Below, one piece after another: positions 1 through 9,494 of a stretch of 64,000 nt of DNA. Made by a program: the position numbers and the translations under genes. Location of the stretch: positions 29,353 to 93,352 of IMG/VR virus record IMGVR_UViG_3300026521_000463; one strand, given 5' to 3'. Under the pieces are notes generated by a model. That model did no database searches, had not been told where the DNA came from, and saw only the letters and a program-made list of their open reading frames with translations. How positions within the stretch are numbered: the stretch's first letter is position 1; each line of letters starts with the position of its first letter. The DNA is from a virus.

Positions 1-170
1 CTTTCTCTCATACTTGTAAAAGCATCTATTTCAATATCATCTTTTTCATTTACTTCTTTTTTAACATCTTCTTCTACTTCTGTAATATCTTGTAAGTTGA
101 TATCTACTCCAAATATTCTTGAAAAAACATCACTTAAAACATCTAACCCTTCAATTTCATTACTTTTCAT
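1..170 (-). CDS. Hypothetical acidic protein, partial (runs off the left edge)
   Basis: Read manually: AAGGAG RBS, then ATG at 170 (MKSNEIEGLDVLSDVFSRIFG...). The frame stays open to position 1. Not in the ORF track. Confidence 0.6.
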   Translation of the reverse strand, partial: MKSNEIEGLDVLSDVFSRIFGVDINLQDITEVEEDVKKEVNEKDDIEIDAFTSMRE

Positions 171-492
171 TATCATTCTCCTTATTTTCTTCATCCAAAC
201 TTTCTTTAAAGTCTGCTTCATTATTGATACCTAAAACTACTTCATCAGGAATCAATACATATTTTTCACTATTAAGGATTATAGGTGTCCCTGCTCCTTT
301 TTGAATAGTGATAATATCATCTTCACAATACTCTAAACCTTTTGCAACTCTAATTATCTTAACATTTTCAGTAAATGAGACAGTTTTTGTAGTTGCCAAA
401 ATAATACCTGATTCAGATTTAACTTCATCTTCTTTTTCTGCTTCACGAAGGCAAAGTAACATTTTATTTTTTGGTATAAAATTAGGTTTCAT
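160..492 (-). CDS. groES: GroES-like co-chaperonin (gp31/GroES family)
   Basis: FIPKNKMLL, mobile loop KSESGIILA, and C-terminal AGTPIILNSEKYVLIPDEVVLG match the Cpn10 pattern. Confidence 0.8.
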   Translation of the reverse strand: MKPNFIPKNKMLLCLREAEKEDEVKSESGIILATTKTVSFTENVKIIRVAKGLEYCEDDIITIQKGAGTPIILNSEKYVLIPDEVVLGINNEADFKESLDEENKENDNEK

Positions 493-521
493 TTATCTCC
501 TTTTTAATTTTTTTATTTATA

Positions 522-552
522 ATTATACTATTTTTAGAAAAGAAAATTAACT
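522..552 (-). promoter_or_regulatory. Class II (putative middle) promoter AGTTAATT-N17-TATAAT
   Basis: The same architecture occurs at 8610-8640, 16124-16154, 19740-19770 and 38130-38160, with 16-nt-spaced or variant copies at 27216-27245, 32667-32696 and 53977-54006. Confidence 0.6.
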
Positions 553-558
553 AATCTC

Positions 559-1542
559 TTAAAAAATATATTCTATTTCATAAACACTATCATCTTCACC
601 TAATAGTGGTAATTCAAATCCTCTTCCCATATCACTCCAAAGATAAAATAAATTTTTATCTCCTCTTTTTTTGTTTCTTTTTTCTAATTCATCTAATCCA
701 ATAAGTGAGACATACATTTTTGTATTAAAATTCTTATTGAAAAATTTTCTTCTGCTTTTTATAGACATATTTGTTCTATCAACCACAAAATCTTTTCTTG
801 CTTTTAGTAATTTCCCTTTTTTAACTTCAAAAAGTTTATCTATCTCTTTATGGTCTTCTTTAGATAACTTTTTCCAAATCTCATTATAATCCGTTTCATT
901 GAATTTATCTTTTCCGTATTCAAGTAAAATATCATCTCTACTTAACACATGAAGTCCGTTGAGATTTTCTTTTATATAAGTTGATTTACCACAACCTGGT
1001 AACCCTATAAATAAATGGATTGTAGGTTTATTAGGGTCTTTTTTAGGCATTTCAATCTTTTCTAATTCAACTTTTACATCCCTTCCTTCTTGGTCTTCAA
1101 AACATATATTTCCTGCAGTGTCATATTTTCTGAACTCATATAAATTTTTTAAAAGTTTAAGATTATGTTTAAAGTATTGTCTTATTTGTCTTTCACTTTT
1201 TTGCCATAATGCTCCGTGATAATTTATAGTATAAAGGATATCTATATCCTCAACACTCAAATAACCTTTATCACCCATTAAGTAATCAATTGCTATTAAA
1301 GTTGAAAAATGCTCGTGTCCTGTATATAATACTCTTCCATTTTCATTTATAAATTTTGAAACAGGTTTTCCTAAGTCGTGTAATAAAGCAACTTTTTTCA
1401 TAAATTCACTTTTTGCTTGACTAAAAACCATACAAGTATGACTCCAAGTGTCATCCTCAAGATGATATGTCTCACTTGGCACAATTGTATTTTTTAAAAC
1501 ATTCATATAATCTTTTTTAACTTTTAAAAATAATTCTTTCAT
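559..1542 (-). CDS. HD-domain phosphohydrolase fused to a P-loop (AAA_33/Pnk-like) kinase
   Basis: HD part: HLEDDTWSHT...LLHDLGKP...GHE...YHG...D. Kinase part: Walker A GLPGCGKST, SRDD, VVDRTN. Confidence 0.8.
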   Translation of the reverse strand: MKELFLKVKKDYMNVLKNTIVPSETYHLEDDTWSHTCMVFSQAKSEFMKKVALLHDLGKPVSKFINENGRVLYTGHEHFSTLIAIDYLMGDKGYLSVEDIDILYTINYHGALWQKSERQIRQYFKHNLKLLKNLYEFRKYDTAGNICFEDQEGRDVKVELEKIEMPKKDPNKPTIHLFIGLPGCGKSTYIKENLNGLHVLSRDDILLEYGKDKFNETDYNEIWKKLSKEDHKEIDKLFEVKKGKLLKARKDFVVDRTNMSIKSRRKFFNKNFNTKMYVSLIGLDELEKRNKKRGDKNLFYLWSDMGRGFELPLLGEDDSVYEIEYIF

Positions 1543-1572
1543 GTGGATCCTTTTTTGTTTATTTTTTATATT

Positions 1573-1601
1573 ATTATAACTTAAAAATTTTTATTTGTCA
1601 A
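1573..1601 (-). promoter_or_regulatory. Class I (early, sigma70) promoter TTGACA-N17-TATAAT
   Basis: Perfect consensus, followed by an AAAGGATCCACATG RBS/start cassette. Confidence 0.8.
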
Positions 1602-2025
1602 GTGAATTAACAATCCATTCACTTGCTTTTATAATACCTTCAATTTCAGAACTTGCTTCACATTCAAATAAAACATCTGTATCATTTAGAATTTTAGAAG
1701 TAGAATATACTAAAAAGTCTTTAATAACATAAACATCAAATTCTGTCAATTCTTTATTAAAACAATCTGTTAAAATGTTATAACCATTTCTAAATGCCAC
1801 CCCTTTACACTTGAAAGCAAATTCAAAAATACTCATCTCTTTATAAAAATCTTGCTTAGTATTGTAATAATCTTCTGACAAATGTTTATTAAATTCTGTC
1901 TTATGTAATTCATTAGGAGTGCAATGAAACTTACAAATCATTCCACCATCATCTTCAATCGTAATATATTCAATAAACTCTTCATTTATGTCCATAATTT
2001 TACTAAATAATTTTTTACTAATCAT
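1591..2025 (-). CDS. Hypothetical early protein
   Basis: 144-aa ORF directly behind a class I promoter and RBS cassette. Confidence 0.65.
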   Translation of the reverse strand: MISKKLFSKIMDINEEFIEYITIEDDGGMICKFHCTPNELHKTEFNKHLSEDYYNTKQDFYKEMSIFEFAFKCKGVAFRNGYNILTDCFNKELTEFDVYVIKDFLVYSTSKILNDTDVLFECEASSEIEGIIKASEWIVNSLDK

Positions 2026-2051
2026 GTGAATCCTTTTTGTTTTATATTATA

Positions 2052-2080
2052 ATTATAACAAAAATGATGAAAAAAGTCAA
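2052..2080 (-). promoter_or_regulatory. Class I promoter TTGACT-N17-TATAAT (extended -10 TG)
   Basis: Consensus boxes with 17-nt spacing. RBS cassette GGATTCACATG downstream. Confidence 0.8.
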
Positions 2081-2087
2081 TAGTTTT

Positions 2088-3230
2088 TTAGACTTTTTTC
2101 AAAATAAAACAAGATTCATATCTCTCAATCGATTGATTAGAATCCCTTCTCGTTTCAATACTTTTAGGTAAAATCTTTATTTCTCTAATGAACTCAAATT
2201 TTTCTTTTGCTATTTCAAGTAAATCTTGACCTATCATTTTACCATCTATCTGTCTTGAAATTACAAATGAATATATACCACCTTTATTAAGTGCATTAAA
2301 TGAATTTTCAACTGTTTTTCTCCAATACTTATCTAACCATTCTTCATAAGTCGGATAAAGATTTATACTTTGTAAATCCCCGTTATAAGATTCTAAATCA
2401 AAATAAGGAGGGCAAAAGAAAACAATATCATAATCATTATCTATAACTTCATCCATTCTTTCAGATGGAATACAAAATGTTTTAAGTTCTGGCAACTCAT
2501 CAAACATACTCTCAGGTTTATGTAATTCAATACAATTTTTTAAAACATTTTCTTGGACATCTATTATATGATATTTATTGACTTTATCTTTTAAAGGTGA
2601 TTTGTCAATTGCTATCACAGGAGAACACCAACTTGCTGTGGGAATTAAAACATTTACTTTTTCCTTATTAACCATTCTATATACTTCATCTAAAAGAGTG
2701 TAATAAGTATTAGGTGAAAAAATTGAAGGCAACATTATAACTGTTTTTAAAGTAGTTGAAAAAGGTTTATATTCTCCTTTAATACTTTTTGAAAAAACAG
2801 ATGGCATTGTGATAGACCTCATATTTTTACCTGTTTCAAGCGATGCTTTATATTTATCAAAAATTGTAGGATTATTTTTTGATGAACTTTTTAAAATATC
2901 TACGAGATTTATATTTCTTAAAGTGCTAGGTGAATTAGGTTTAATAGTTACCATATCATCTTTAATTTCAAGTTTTTCAATAGGTTTAAATTCTTTATAA
3001 GTAAAATAAGTATTATAAAATTTTCTTAAAGTTTCTTTATCATTTAAAAAATTGTAAAACCATTCATAAAAAGCATTCAAATCATTTTTAAAATATACCT
3101 TTCTGACATCATTGTCATCTAATCTTTCCCATAATTTTGCTAAATTTGGAGTTTTTTTGAAGTCGTCAAGTGATAAAGGAGTGATATCCTTAAAAAGAAT
3201 ATCTATAAAATCATCAAATGAATGAATCAT
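2088..3230 (-). CDS. Amino (N4-C/N6-A) DNA methyltransferase-like protein
   Basis: Motif IV-like FFCPPYFDLESY, downstream YEEWLDKYW and LNKGG. Degenerate motif I LIPTASWCSP. Confidence 0.7.
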   Translation of the reverse strand: MIHSFDDFIDILFKDITPLSLDDFKKTPNLAKLWERLDDNDVRKVYFKNDLNAFYEWFYNFLNDKETLRKFYNTYFTYKEFKPIEKLEIKDDMVTIKPNSPSTLRNINLVDILKSSSKNNPTIFDKYKASLETGKNMRSITMPSVFSKSIKGEYKPFSTTLKTVIMLPSIFSPNTYYTLLDEVYRMVNKEKVNVLIPTASWCSPVIAIDKSPLKDKVNKYHIIDVQENVLKNCIELHKPESMFDELPELKTFCIPSERMDEVIDNDYDIVFFCPPYFDLESYNGDLQSINLYPTYEEWLDKYWRKTVENSFNALNKGGIYSFVISRQIDGKMIGQDLLEIAKEKFEFIREIKILPKSIETRRDSNQSIERYESCFILKKV

Positions 3231-3538
3231 TTTTCTACCTTTATGTTTTTGTAGTTATTTGCTTTTAAATATATTTCCATTTTTTGAGGATAATGTTTTT
3301 GTAATTCATACATCATAAAATCTTTTTGAGGTGTAAATAATATAAATACACCACCTATAAATAATGCTATAAAAAGTTTTTTTCTTGCTTTAAATGCTTC
3401 TTTCAAATCTCCATTTTGATAAAAAATATAATCATATAATTCAAAAATGATAAATCCTCCAACTAAAAAAACAGCAAAGAAAACGACCACAACTGAAATA
3501 TCTAAAACACCAGCAAACCATAATAAAAATTCAAACAT
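3227..3538 (-). CDS. Small membrane protein
   Basis: Two hydrophobic segments. Confidence 0.6.
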   Translation of the reverse strand: MFEFLLWFAGVLDISVVVVFFAVFLVGGFIIFELYDYIFYQNGDLKEAFKARKKLFIALFIGGVFILFTPQKDFMMYELQKHYPQKMEIYLKANNYKNIKVEK

Positions 3539-3859
3539 TTATTCTCCTTTTAATCTTTCAATAATAGCATCGTATCTTTGCAGATTATCACTTTTACCAA
3601 TTTTTGCTGTCCTTCTTAAACATTTTACAAAAATAATCATATATTTTGTATCTAACTTTCCTTTAATCTCTAAGTCATTATCAAAAATTTTTTCAACTCT
3701 GTTTTTGAATGTTTTAAAAGTTGAACCTTCAAAATATACAGGATAGGATTTATAAAACATTTCCAAAACTTTATCAAAACCACCTAATGTTTGTGATAAC
3801 ATACCTTTAACCATAAACAAGAAATTTTCTTGTCCTTCTGTTAAATTATTTCTTTTCAT
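3539..3859 (-). CDS. Hypothetical protein
   Basis: ORF abutting or overlapping its neighbours, co-oriented. Confidence 0.6.
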   Translation of the reverse strand: MKRNNLTEGQENFLFMVKGMLSQTLGGFDKVLEMFYKSYPVYFEGSTFKTFKNRVEKIFDNDLEIKGKLDTKYMIIFVKCLRRTAKIGKSDNLQRYDAIIERLKGE

Positions 3860-4269
3860 TTTTGTTCCTTTAAATTCGCAAAAATATCTTTAAGCATTGA
3901 ACTTGCTTTTTTCATATCAATATCTTGTCTTCCTTTTAACTCTTTCATACACTCTCCAAAATTTTTACCACTTGAAACCAAATCGTGCAGAATAGTCGTC
4001 AATTCGGCATCTGATAATTGTTTAGGTAAAATATCATCTGCTAATTTCTTTAGAAAATTTAATTCATTTTCAGCATCTACCCCATTTTTGATTGAGTCTT
4101 CAACTTGTTTGATAGACTTTTTTAATCCGTCAATAATAAATAAATCTGGATTTGGGTCCTTTGGGTTTTTATCTTTTGCTAATTTTTCTATCGTGTCAAT
4201 TAACATCATAATATAATTTTTATTTTCTTTATCTTTCATTCTCATAATTTTTAATTCTTTAAAAGTCAT
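3856..4269 (-). CDS. GatB/YqeY-like protein
   Basis: KKSIKQVEDSI...ELNFL...LPKQLSDAEL...FGECMKELKGR..DMKKAS matches the YqeY pattern. Confidence 0.7.
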   Translation of the reverse strand: MTFKELKIMRMKDKENKNYIMMLIDTIEKLAKDKNPKDPNPDLFIIDGLKKSIKQVEDSIKNGVDAENELNFLKKLADDILPKQLSDAELTTILHDLVSSGKNFGECMKELKGRQDIDMKKASSMLKDIFANLKEQK

Positions 4270-4282
4270 TTTCTTCTCCTTT

Positions 4283-4531
4283 TTAATATGGGTGAATTTT
4301 ATTTAAAACTTCTTGAAGTTCTTCAACCATTTTATTAACTTTTGATTTCACTTGATATTCATCTTCAAATTCTTGAGCATCAAATAAATTGTGATTATAC
4401 ATTTTTACATCAATAGTTTTATATTTAATCTCATTTAATAAGTTACCAACTGCCACACCTATCAAAAACAATTCTTGATGATTTAATTTCAACTTGATAT
4501 TATTCATCTCATCTTTAACTTTTATTTTCAT
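4283..4531 (-). CDS. Hypothetical protein
   Basis: ORF with AAGGAG RBS. Confidence 0.55.
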   Translation of the reverse strand: MKIKVKDEMNNIKLKLNHQELFLIGVAVGNLLNEIKYKTIDVKMYNHNLFDAQEFEDEYQVKSKVNKMVEELQEVLNKIHPY

Positions 4532-4675
4532 CTCTTCTCCTTTGTCAATTTCATTTTACATCTAACGATTTTCATACCATAATGTAAAGCAGAATTTACA
4601 TTATGAAGTATGCCATATAAGAAGTATTATATTCAATACAATTAAAAGGAATAAAAAAGTATTCATTTTCTTCCT

Positions 4676-6028
4676 TTAATTTAATTCTTTAGCACTTTCT
4701 TCAATTTCAAAACATTCATTTAAAGTATTTGAAGTGTCTTTATCTTCTCTAACTTCCACAAATCTCGGATGTAAAACACTAAATGTTCCATTTGAATTTT
4801 CGCTTATTCCAGAACATTTAATAGTAACAATTTTTCCGATTAAATTATCTCTATTTTCTGTTAAATAGTCCATAATTGCTTCAGGAATGCCACCAGCAGT
4901 TGTTTTTAATTTTCCGTCTGCCGTTTCACATACAACTCTATTAACAAAATTTTCATATTTTGTTCCTGCATTTCCGTTTAGTAAATCTGTAATAACAAGG
5001 TCTAATTCAATTTCTAACTTGAATTTCATTTGACTATTAGGTTTCCCATCTTCCCAAATACTATCTGTATCTTTTAAGATTATACCTTCTTCGCCATTAT
5101 CTTTTGCTTCTAAATAACTATTCATAATTTCTTCATAAGTTGAAACTTCTTTATATTCAACTAATCCAATTTTAGAGTTGTTCTTGTGAAATTCAATTAA
5201 ATCTTTTCTTCTTTCATATAAAGGTTTTTCATATCTACCTTCTTGCCATTTGTCAAGTGGTATAATATCCCAAGCAACCATATGAATTTTGTTAAGTGCT
5301 TCATTAGGTGTAATACCATAATTTTTTATAAAGTTTTCTACATCTTTTTGTTTTGAACCTTTTTCAATAAGTTGCTTTAATGAATTTACTAACCCATTGG
5401 CAATATATCTGTTAAAACCTTCAACTAAAATCTCACCTGTTACCACAAGATTTTTTGCTTCAATACCCTCGAATGCTTTTTCAAGAAATAATTTTTTACC
5501 ACTTCTCGCAAGAGTTTCAACTCTACCATTCTCATCAAAAATTAAATTGCAAAATAAACCATCATATTTTATTTCTGAATATAATTTTTTACCTATCATT
5601 TTTTGAAGTTTTTTCTTATTGAAACTTATTGCTCCCATATAATTTATTGTAGGGATTAAATTTTTATAAACTTTATTTATAAGTTTAGTATTTATACCAA
5701 CCTTCATATCTTTTGCTAAAATTTTATCAAGAACAATAGCATCTCTTTCATTTAATTTGCTTCTTAAAATAGTTACCATATCAATTGCTGCATTACCTGT
5801 AACTTCTCTATTTTTTAGTTGGTCTAAATAGTCAAATACTGCTTCAAGTTGAAACTCCCCTGAAAATGTTTTTCCTTTTGGATACTTTTTAATGTTAAAA
5901 GTATAAAACGGATTGTAAGCATAAAATAATACTTTTCTAAATAATTCATTATCATTTTCTTTTAAAATAACTTGTTTTTGATTTGTGCTATTTTCATTTT
6001 TTAATTTTTCTAAAATTGATAATATCAT
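4676..6028 (-). CDS. ATP-dependent DNA ligase (T4 gp30-like)
   Basis: Motif I EIKYDG, VTGEIL, EGIILKD, KFK, and OB-fold LHPRFVEVREDK. Confidence 0.93.
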   Translation of the reverse strand: MILSILEKLKNENSTNQKQVILKENDNELFRKVLFYAYNPFYTFNIKKYPKGKTFSGEFQLEAVFDYLDQLKNREVTGNAAIDMVTILRSKLNERDAIVLDKILAKDMKVGINTKLINKVYKNLIPTINYMGAISFNKKKLQKMIGKKLYSEIKYDGLFCNLIFDENGRVETLARSGKKLFLEKAFEGIEAKNLVVTGEILVEGFNRYIANGLVNSLKQLIEKGSKQKDVENFIKNYGITPNEALNKIHMVAWDIIPLDKWQEGRYEKPLYERRKDLIEFHKNNSKIGLVEYKEVSTYEEIMNSYLEAKDNGEEGIILKDTDSIWEDGKPNSQMKFKLEIELDLVITDLLNGNAGTKYENFVNRVVCETADGKLKTTAGGIPEAIMDYLTENRDNLIGKIVTIKCSGISENSNGTFSVLHPRFVEVREDKDTSNTLNECFEIEESAKELN

Positions 6029-6162
6029 TTTAACTCCTCTAAAATTTTTTTAAGTCTTTTTCTTTCCATATAAATATACACTTGCTCATTAAAATTTGTA
6101 GTAGTGTTTAAATCTACTTTTAACTTTTTCAGCATCAATCTAATTTTTTGTTTTTCCGTCAT
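6025..6162 (-). CDS. Small basic early protein (45 aa)
   Basis: Read manually: MTEKQKIRLMLKK..., behind a GGATTCGCATG cassette. Its stop overlaps the ligase start. Confidence 0.55.
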   Translation of the reverse strand: MTEKQKIRLMLKKLKVDLNTTTNFNEQVYIYMERKRLKKILEELK

Positions 6163-6193
6163 GCGAATCCTTTTTATTTCTTTTTACATTATA

Positions 6194-6222
6194 ATTATAA
6201 CATATAAAAAATAAAAAGTCAA
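6194..6222 (-). promoter_or_regulatory. Class I promoter TTGACT-N17-TATAAT
   Basis: Consensus boxes with 17-nt spacing. Confidence 0.8.
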
Positions 6223-6240
6223 GTAAATTTTAACTTTTTG

Positions 6241-6441
6241 TTAAAAATTTACCTGAATGAATTTATAGTCATATCCTGAATTATCTTTTTTATTGACACT
6301 ATAAATCTTTTCTTCATCGTCGTCAATAATTTCAAAATCATAACCTTTTTGATATAACTCTTTAGCAGTTTCAATAGCATCTTCTAAAATATCAAATTCT
6401 TCCTTGAATTGTGCTATATCATTTCTATATATTAAAATCAA
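6241..6441 (-). CDS. Hypothetical protein
   Basis: Short ORF in an operon, TTG start. Confidence 0.5.
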   Translation of the reverse strand: MILIYRNDIAQFKEEFDILEDAIETAKELYQKGYDFEIIDDDEEKIYSVNKKDNSGYDYKFIQVNF

Positions 6442-6442
6442 T

Positions 6443-6967
6443 TTATCCTCCTATAAAATTTTCTAATAATTGAATGACTTCTTCTTCATTATCGCAAATA
6501 TAATAATTGTCTAATTCATTCATTATTTTTTCTCTAATCAAATCATCTAATTTTTTTGCTTCTTCTTCATTTTGAAGTCTTCCGTGTGGATTAAATTCAC
6601 AATTTCTTCTTAAAAAAATATCAACTGTCATAAAATCATCGTGTTTATGAAGTAAATAATCTTTAAGTTTTTCGTCATTTGTATAAACACTTCCTAACAA
6701 AAATGGACTATCAGTAATTATGATATATTCATCTTCTTTAAAACCTTTATCTTTATAATACTTATCAACTCTCCAAATTCTATGATATTGACTTGCTGAT
6801 ATAAAAAATTGGTCTTGTAGTTTTTTGAGTGATTCCTCATAAACTAAATCTTTGGCATATTCAGTTACCAATTCAATCTGTTTATTAAGTTTTTTGAAGT
6901 GATTAAACACTCCTGCTGCCGTAGTTGATTTTCTACAACCAGGTCCTCCATATAAATTTACTATCAT
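6443..6967 (-). CDS. NadR/AAA_28-like P-loop nucleotide kinase/ATPase
   Basis: IVNLYGGPGCRKST, ELVTEYAKDLVYE, IITDSP, GRLQNEEEA. Confidence 0.7.
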   Translation of the reverse strand: MIVNLYGGPGCRKSTTAAGVFNHFKKLNKQIELVTEYAKDLVYEESLKKLQDQFFISASQYHRIWRVDKYYKDKGFKEDEYIIITDSPFLLGSVYTNDEKLKDYLLHKHDDFMTVDIFLRRNCEFNPHGRLQNEEEAKKLDDLIREKIMNELDNYYICDNEEEVIQLLENFIGG

Positions 6968-6986
6968 TTTTATTCCTTTGATGATT

Positions 6987-7397
6987 TTATTTTATCAATT
7001 CAACTAAACAATTCTTTCCATATTTTTGAATTGTTTCCTTTACAGATTTAACATTTATTTCATTTTTAAGATTTTTAAACCTTGTAGGTTTATCAATTGA
7101 TTCTAATTCTAATCTTGCTGCTTTTTTGATATTATGTGGCAATTCAACTTCAACATAAAATGAACCTTTGACTCTTAAAGTAAAATTCATTTCAGTTAAG
7201 TAATTAGGTAACACTTTTTCAACTTGTAAATTTGGATAAACTTGTTTTAGTGAAGCAACATAATTTTCCTTAACTTTTTTAAGAGCAATATCAATCCTGC
7301 TTTGGAAATTAGAAATTGTATTGTCAAGCATTTGTAAAAAATCTTTTGAATCTATTTTTTTTGATTCATCAAGATTGTAGGTCATTTTTAATTTCAT
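6987..7397 (-). CDS. Hypothetical protein
   Basis: 136-aa ORF in an operon behind a TTAAATA motif. Confidence 0.6.
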   Translation of the reverse strand: MKLKMTYNLDESKKIDSKDFLQMLDNTISNFQSRIDIALKKVKENYVASLKQVYPNLQVEKVLPNYLTEMNFTLRVKGSFYVEVELPHNIKKAARLELESIDKPTRFKNLKNEINVKSVKETIQKYGKNCLVELIK

Positions 7398-7406
7398 AAT
7401 TGTTCC

Positions 7407-7559
7407 TTATTCTTTTTTCTCAAATCGGGGTTGAAATGAAGTTAAGAAATTTTCAATATTCTTAACTCCTTCTTTAACATCTTTCAATTCATAAGCAACT
7501 TTTTTAGCAATTTCTTCAACTATTGCTTTTAAAAGTTCCTCATTGTTTTTATATTCCAT
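7407..7559 (-). CDS. Small helical protein (50 aa)
   Basis: Read manually: MEYKNNEELLKAIVEEIAKKV..., coupled by TAATG to the upstream ORF. Confidence 0.5.
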   Translation of the reverse strand: MEYKNNEELLKAIVEEIAKKVAYELKDVKEGVKNIENFLTSFQPRFEKKE

Positions 7560-7756
7560 TAACTATCCACATTTTTTGTAAATTCTGCTTCAATGTTATT
7601 AAAAGCAGTATCTCTTTTATCAGTATCATCATAAACTTCCGTAGATGTTTGCCCGTTTGAGAAAGTGAATTTTATTTTATCGTCATCTAATTTCTCATAT
7701 TTTGAGATAAGTGTCATCGGATAAAGTTTGTCATTTGTTCTTACATAAATTATCAT
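7559..7756 (-). CDS. Hypothetical small beta-rich protein
   Basis: ORF with AAAGGA RBS. TTAAATA at 7774-7780. Confidence 0.55.
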   Translation of the reverse strand: MIIYVRTNDKLYPMTLISKYEKLDDDKIKFTFSNGQTSTEVYDDTDKRDTAFNNIEAEFTKNVDS

Positions 7757-7798
7757 TATAATCCTTTTGTTTTTATTTAATTAAGATTCCGACCAAAA

Positions 7799-8329
7799 TT
7801 AAAATTTCTGAGGTGTATAGTCGTGTAATTCCACACTAAAATTTATATGATTTGGTAAATTGACAATTCTGTTATGTGTGTGCCCGTGGAAAATTAAATC
7901 ATATTCATTTTCCTTTAATCTAGAAATATAATCATATAAATCTTTTTTATATTCTTTTTTTAATTCAAGAGGATAATGAGAAAATAAAATTTTTTTATCC
8001 CCAAGTGTCAGAATCATATTATCTAAAACTTTATCAAATCCAATATCTAAATAAAATTGATTTGATTCTTTATCGTGATTTCCTCTTATAAGAATTTTTT
8101 TACCATTTAATCTATCCATAATTGCCTTATAAGCATCTTTTTTTGTTTTATATCTTTTATCCCAACCAATGGCAAAATCACCTAAATGAACCACAAAATC
8201 ATCTTTTTTAACAACTTCATTCCATTTTTTTATAATGTATTCATTCATTTCATCTGAATTATTAAAAGGTCTATCACAATAATTGATGATATTATTATGA
8301 TAAAAATGTGTGTCTGAAATTAAAAACAT
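7799..8329 (-). CDS. Calcineurin-like metallophosphoesterase
   Basis: ISDTHFYH, HLGD, GNHD, SHYP, HGHTH. Confidence 0.9.
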   Translation of the reverse strand: MFLISDTHFYHNNIINYCDRPFNNSDEMNEYIIKKWNEVVKKDDFVVHLGDFAIGWDKRYKTKKDAYKAIMDRLNGKKILIRGNHDKESNQFYLDIGFDKVLDNMILTLGDKKILFSHYPLELKKEYKKDLYDYISRLKENEYDLIFHGHTHNRIVNLPNHINFSVELHDYTPQKF

Positions 8330-8586
8330 TACATACCTTTTATAATTTTGTGGTGTGTCCCATCAGTCATAGCATTATCAATGATAAACTTAACAACATC
8401 AAGAGCAGTATCAAATTCTTTATCAGGTGTATGGTAATTCCAAGTAGTGTGATTTGAATATCTGAATTTAACAATATATCTACCTTTTTGATTTCTTAAA
8501 TCATTTTTTCTTGAAATTTTGATATAACATCTTAGACCATCTGGTGTGATAAATTCAGTATATCCTTTTTTACAATTTTCAATCAT
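8329..8586 (-). CDS. Hypothetical protein
   Basis: ORF with AAGGAG RBS behind the class II promoter at 8610-8640. Confidence 0.55.
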   Translation of the reverse strand: MIENCKKGYTEFITPDGLRCYIKISRKNDLRNQKGRYIVKFRYSNHTTWNYHTPDKEFDTALDVVKFIIDNAMTDGTHHKIIKGM

Positions 8587-8639
8587 TCTTTTCTCCTTAT
8601 TTTTTTATAATTATAATTTATTTTTAATAAAAAATTAAC

Positions 8640-9494
8640 TTATTCTGGGCATTGAAATTTAAACATTTCTTTCCATTTTACTTGCGGGTCAATCGCATTG
8701 CCATCGTCGTCATAATAACAAGTTACAATCCCTGTCTCAGGGTCAAGATTGGCATATTTTTGATTGTATCTTTTTTCTGTAAATAAACCAAGACTATCGT
8801 TATGAATTATTATTTTTGCTATAAATTTTTTTGATGATTTAATAGTAAATTCAAAATCTTCATTATATTTATCCACAAAAACTTTATAAAAAGGATAATC
8901 TGGTAGAGTTGGCAAAACCTCTTCGACAGGTGGTGGCGGAGGAAGGGGTGGTAACGATGGGTCTGGCGGTGGTGCCGGATTTGGGTCAGGAATAATACCT
9001 AATAAAATTAAGATATCATCTTCGACTCCTTTTGCTTCAGGTAAAAATTTGTTATAAAAAGCATCAATATCTTTAATTTTTATTTTTGAAATAAAATCAA
9101 TAGTTACTTCTTTTTCAATAAAACCTGTAGGCGGGACATATTGGGAATAATCTTTATCATAAATCATAGGAAATTCACTCAATGGAGGAAATTTTGCTTC
9201 TTTTTCAATTATAGGGTCGCCATCAACTTTCCCACCTATCTCACCTATTTTAGTATCGTTAAATTTTAATCCTTCAATATCAAGATTAGCATTATATTCG
9301 TGTGAAATTTCTTCAAAAAATTCATCCATACCTTCTTCAAAAACAGTTTTACAATAATCAGTAAATGATTTGAAGTCGCAACCTGTTAAAATGTTTTTAC
9401 CATTAGGAGATTGTATATAGTCATTATCAATCCATTTATGATAAGCAACTTTTAAAGGAGTTTTAAAGTATTGATTTAAGACCATTTTATCCAT
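8640..9494 (-). CDS. Hypothetical protein with a proline-rich linker
   Basis: PDPNPAPPPDPSLPPLPPPPP tract. Confidence 0.65.
   Translation of the reverse strand: MDKMVLNQYFKTPLKVAYHKWIDNDYIQSPNGKNILTGCDFKSFTDYCKTVFEEGMDEFFEEISHEYNANLDIEGLKFNDTKIGEIGGKVDGDPIIEKEAKFPPLSEFPMIYDKDYSQYVPPTGFIEKEVTIDFISKIKIKDIDAFYNKFLPEAKGVEDDILILLGIIPDPNPAPPPDPSLPPLPPPPPVEEVLPTLPDYPFYKVFVDKYNEDFEFTIKSSKKFIAKIIIHNDSLGLFTEKRYNQKYANLDPETGIVTCYYDDDGNAIDPQVKWKEMFKFQCPE

Noticed and set aside
4601-4666. 21-aa hydrophobic peptide MNTFLFLLIVLNIILLIWHTS behind an AAGGAAG RBS (toxin-like or frameshifted gene)
   Set aside because: Too short to support. No antisense RNA or slippage signal could be established.
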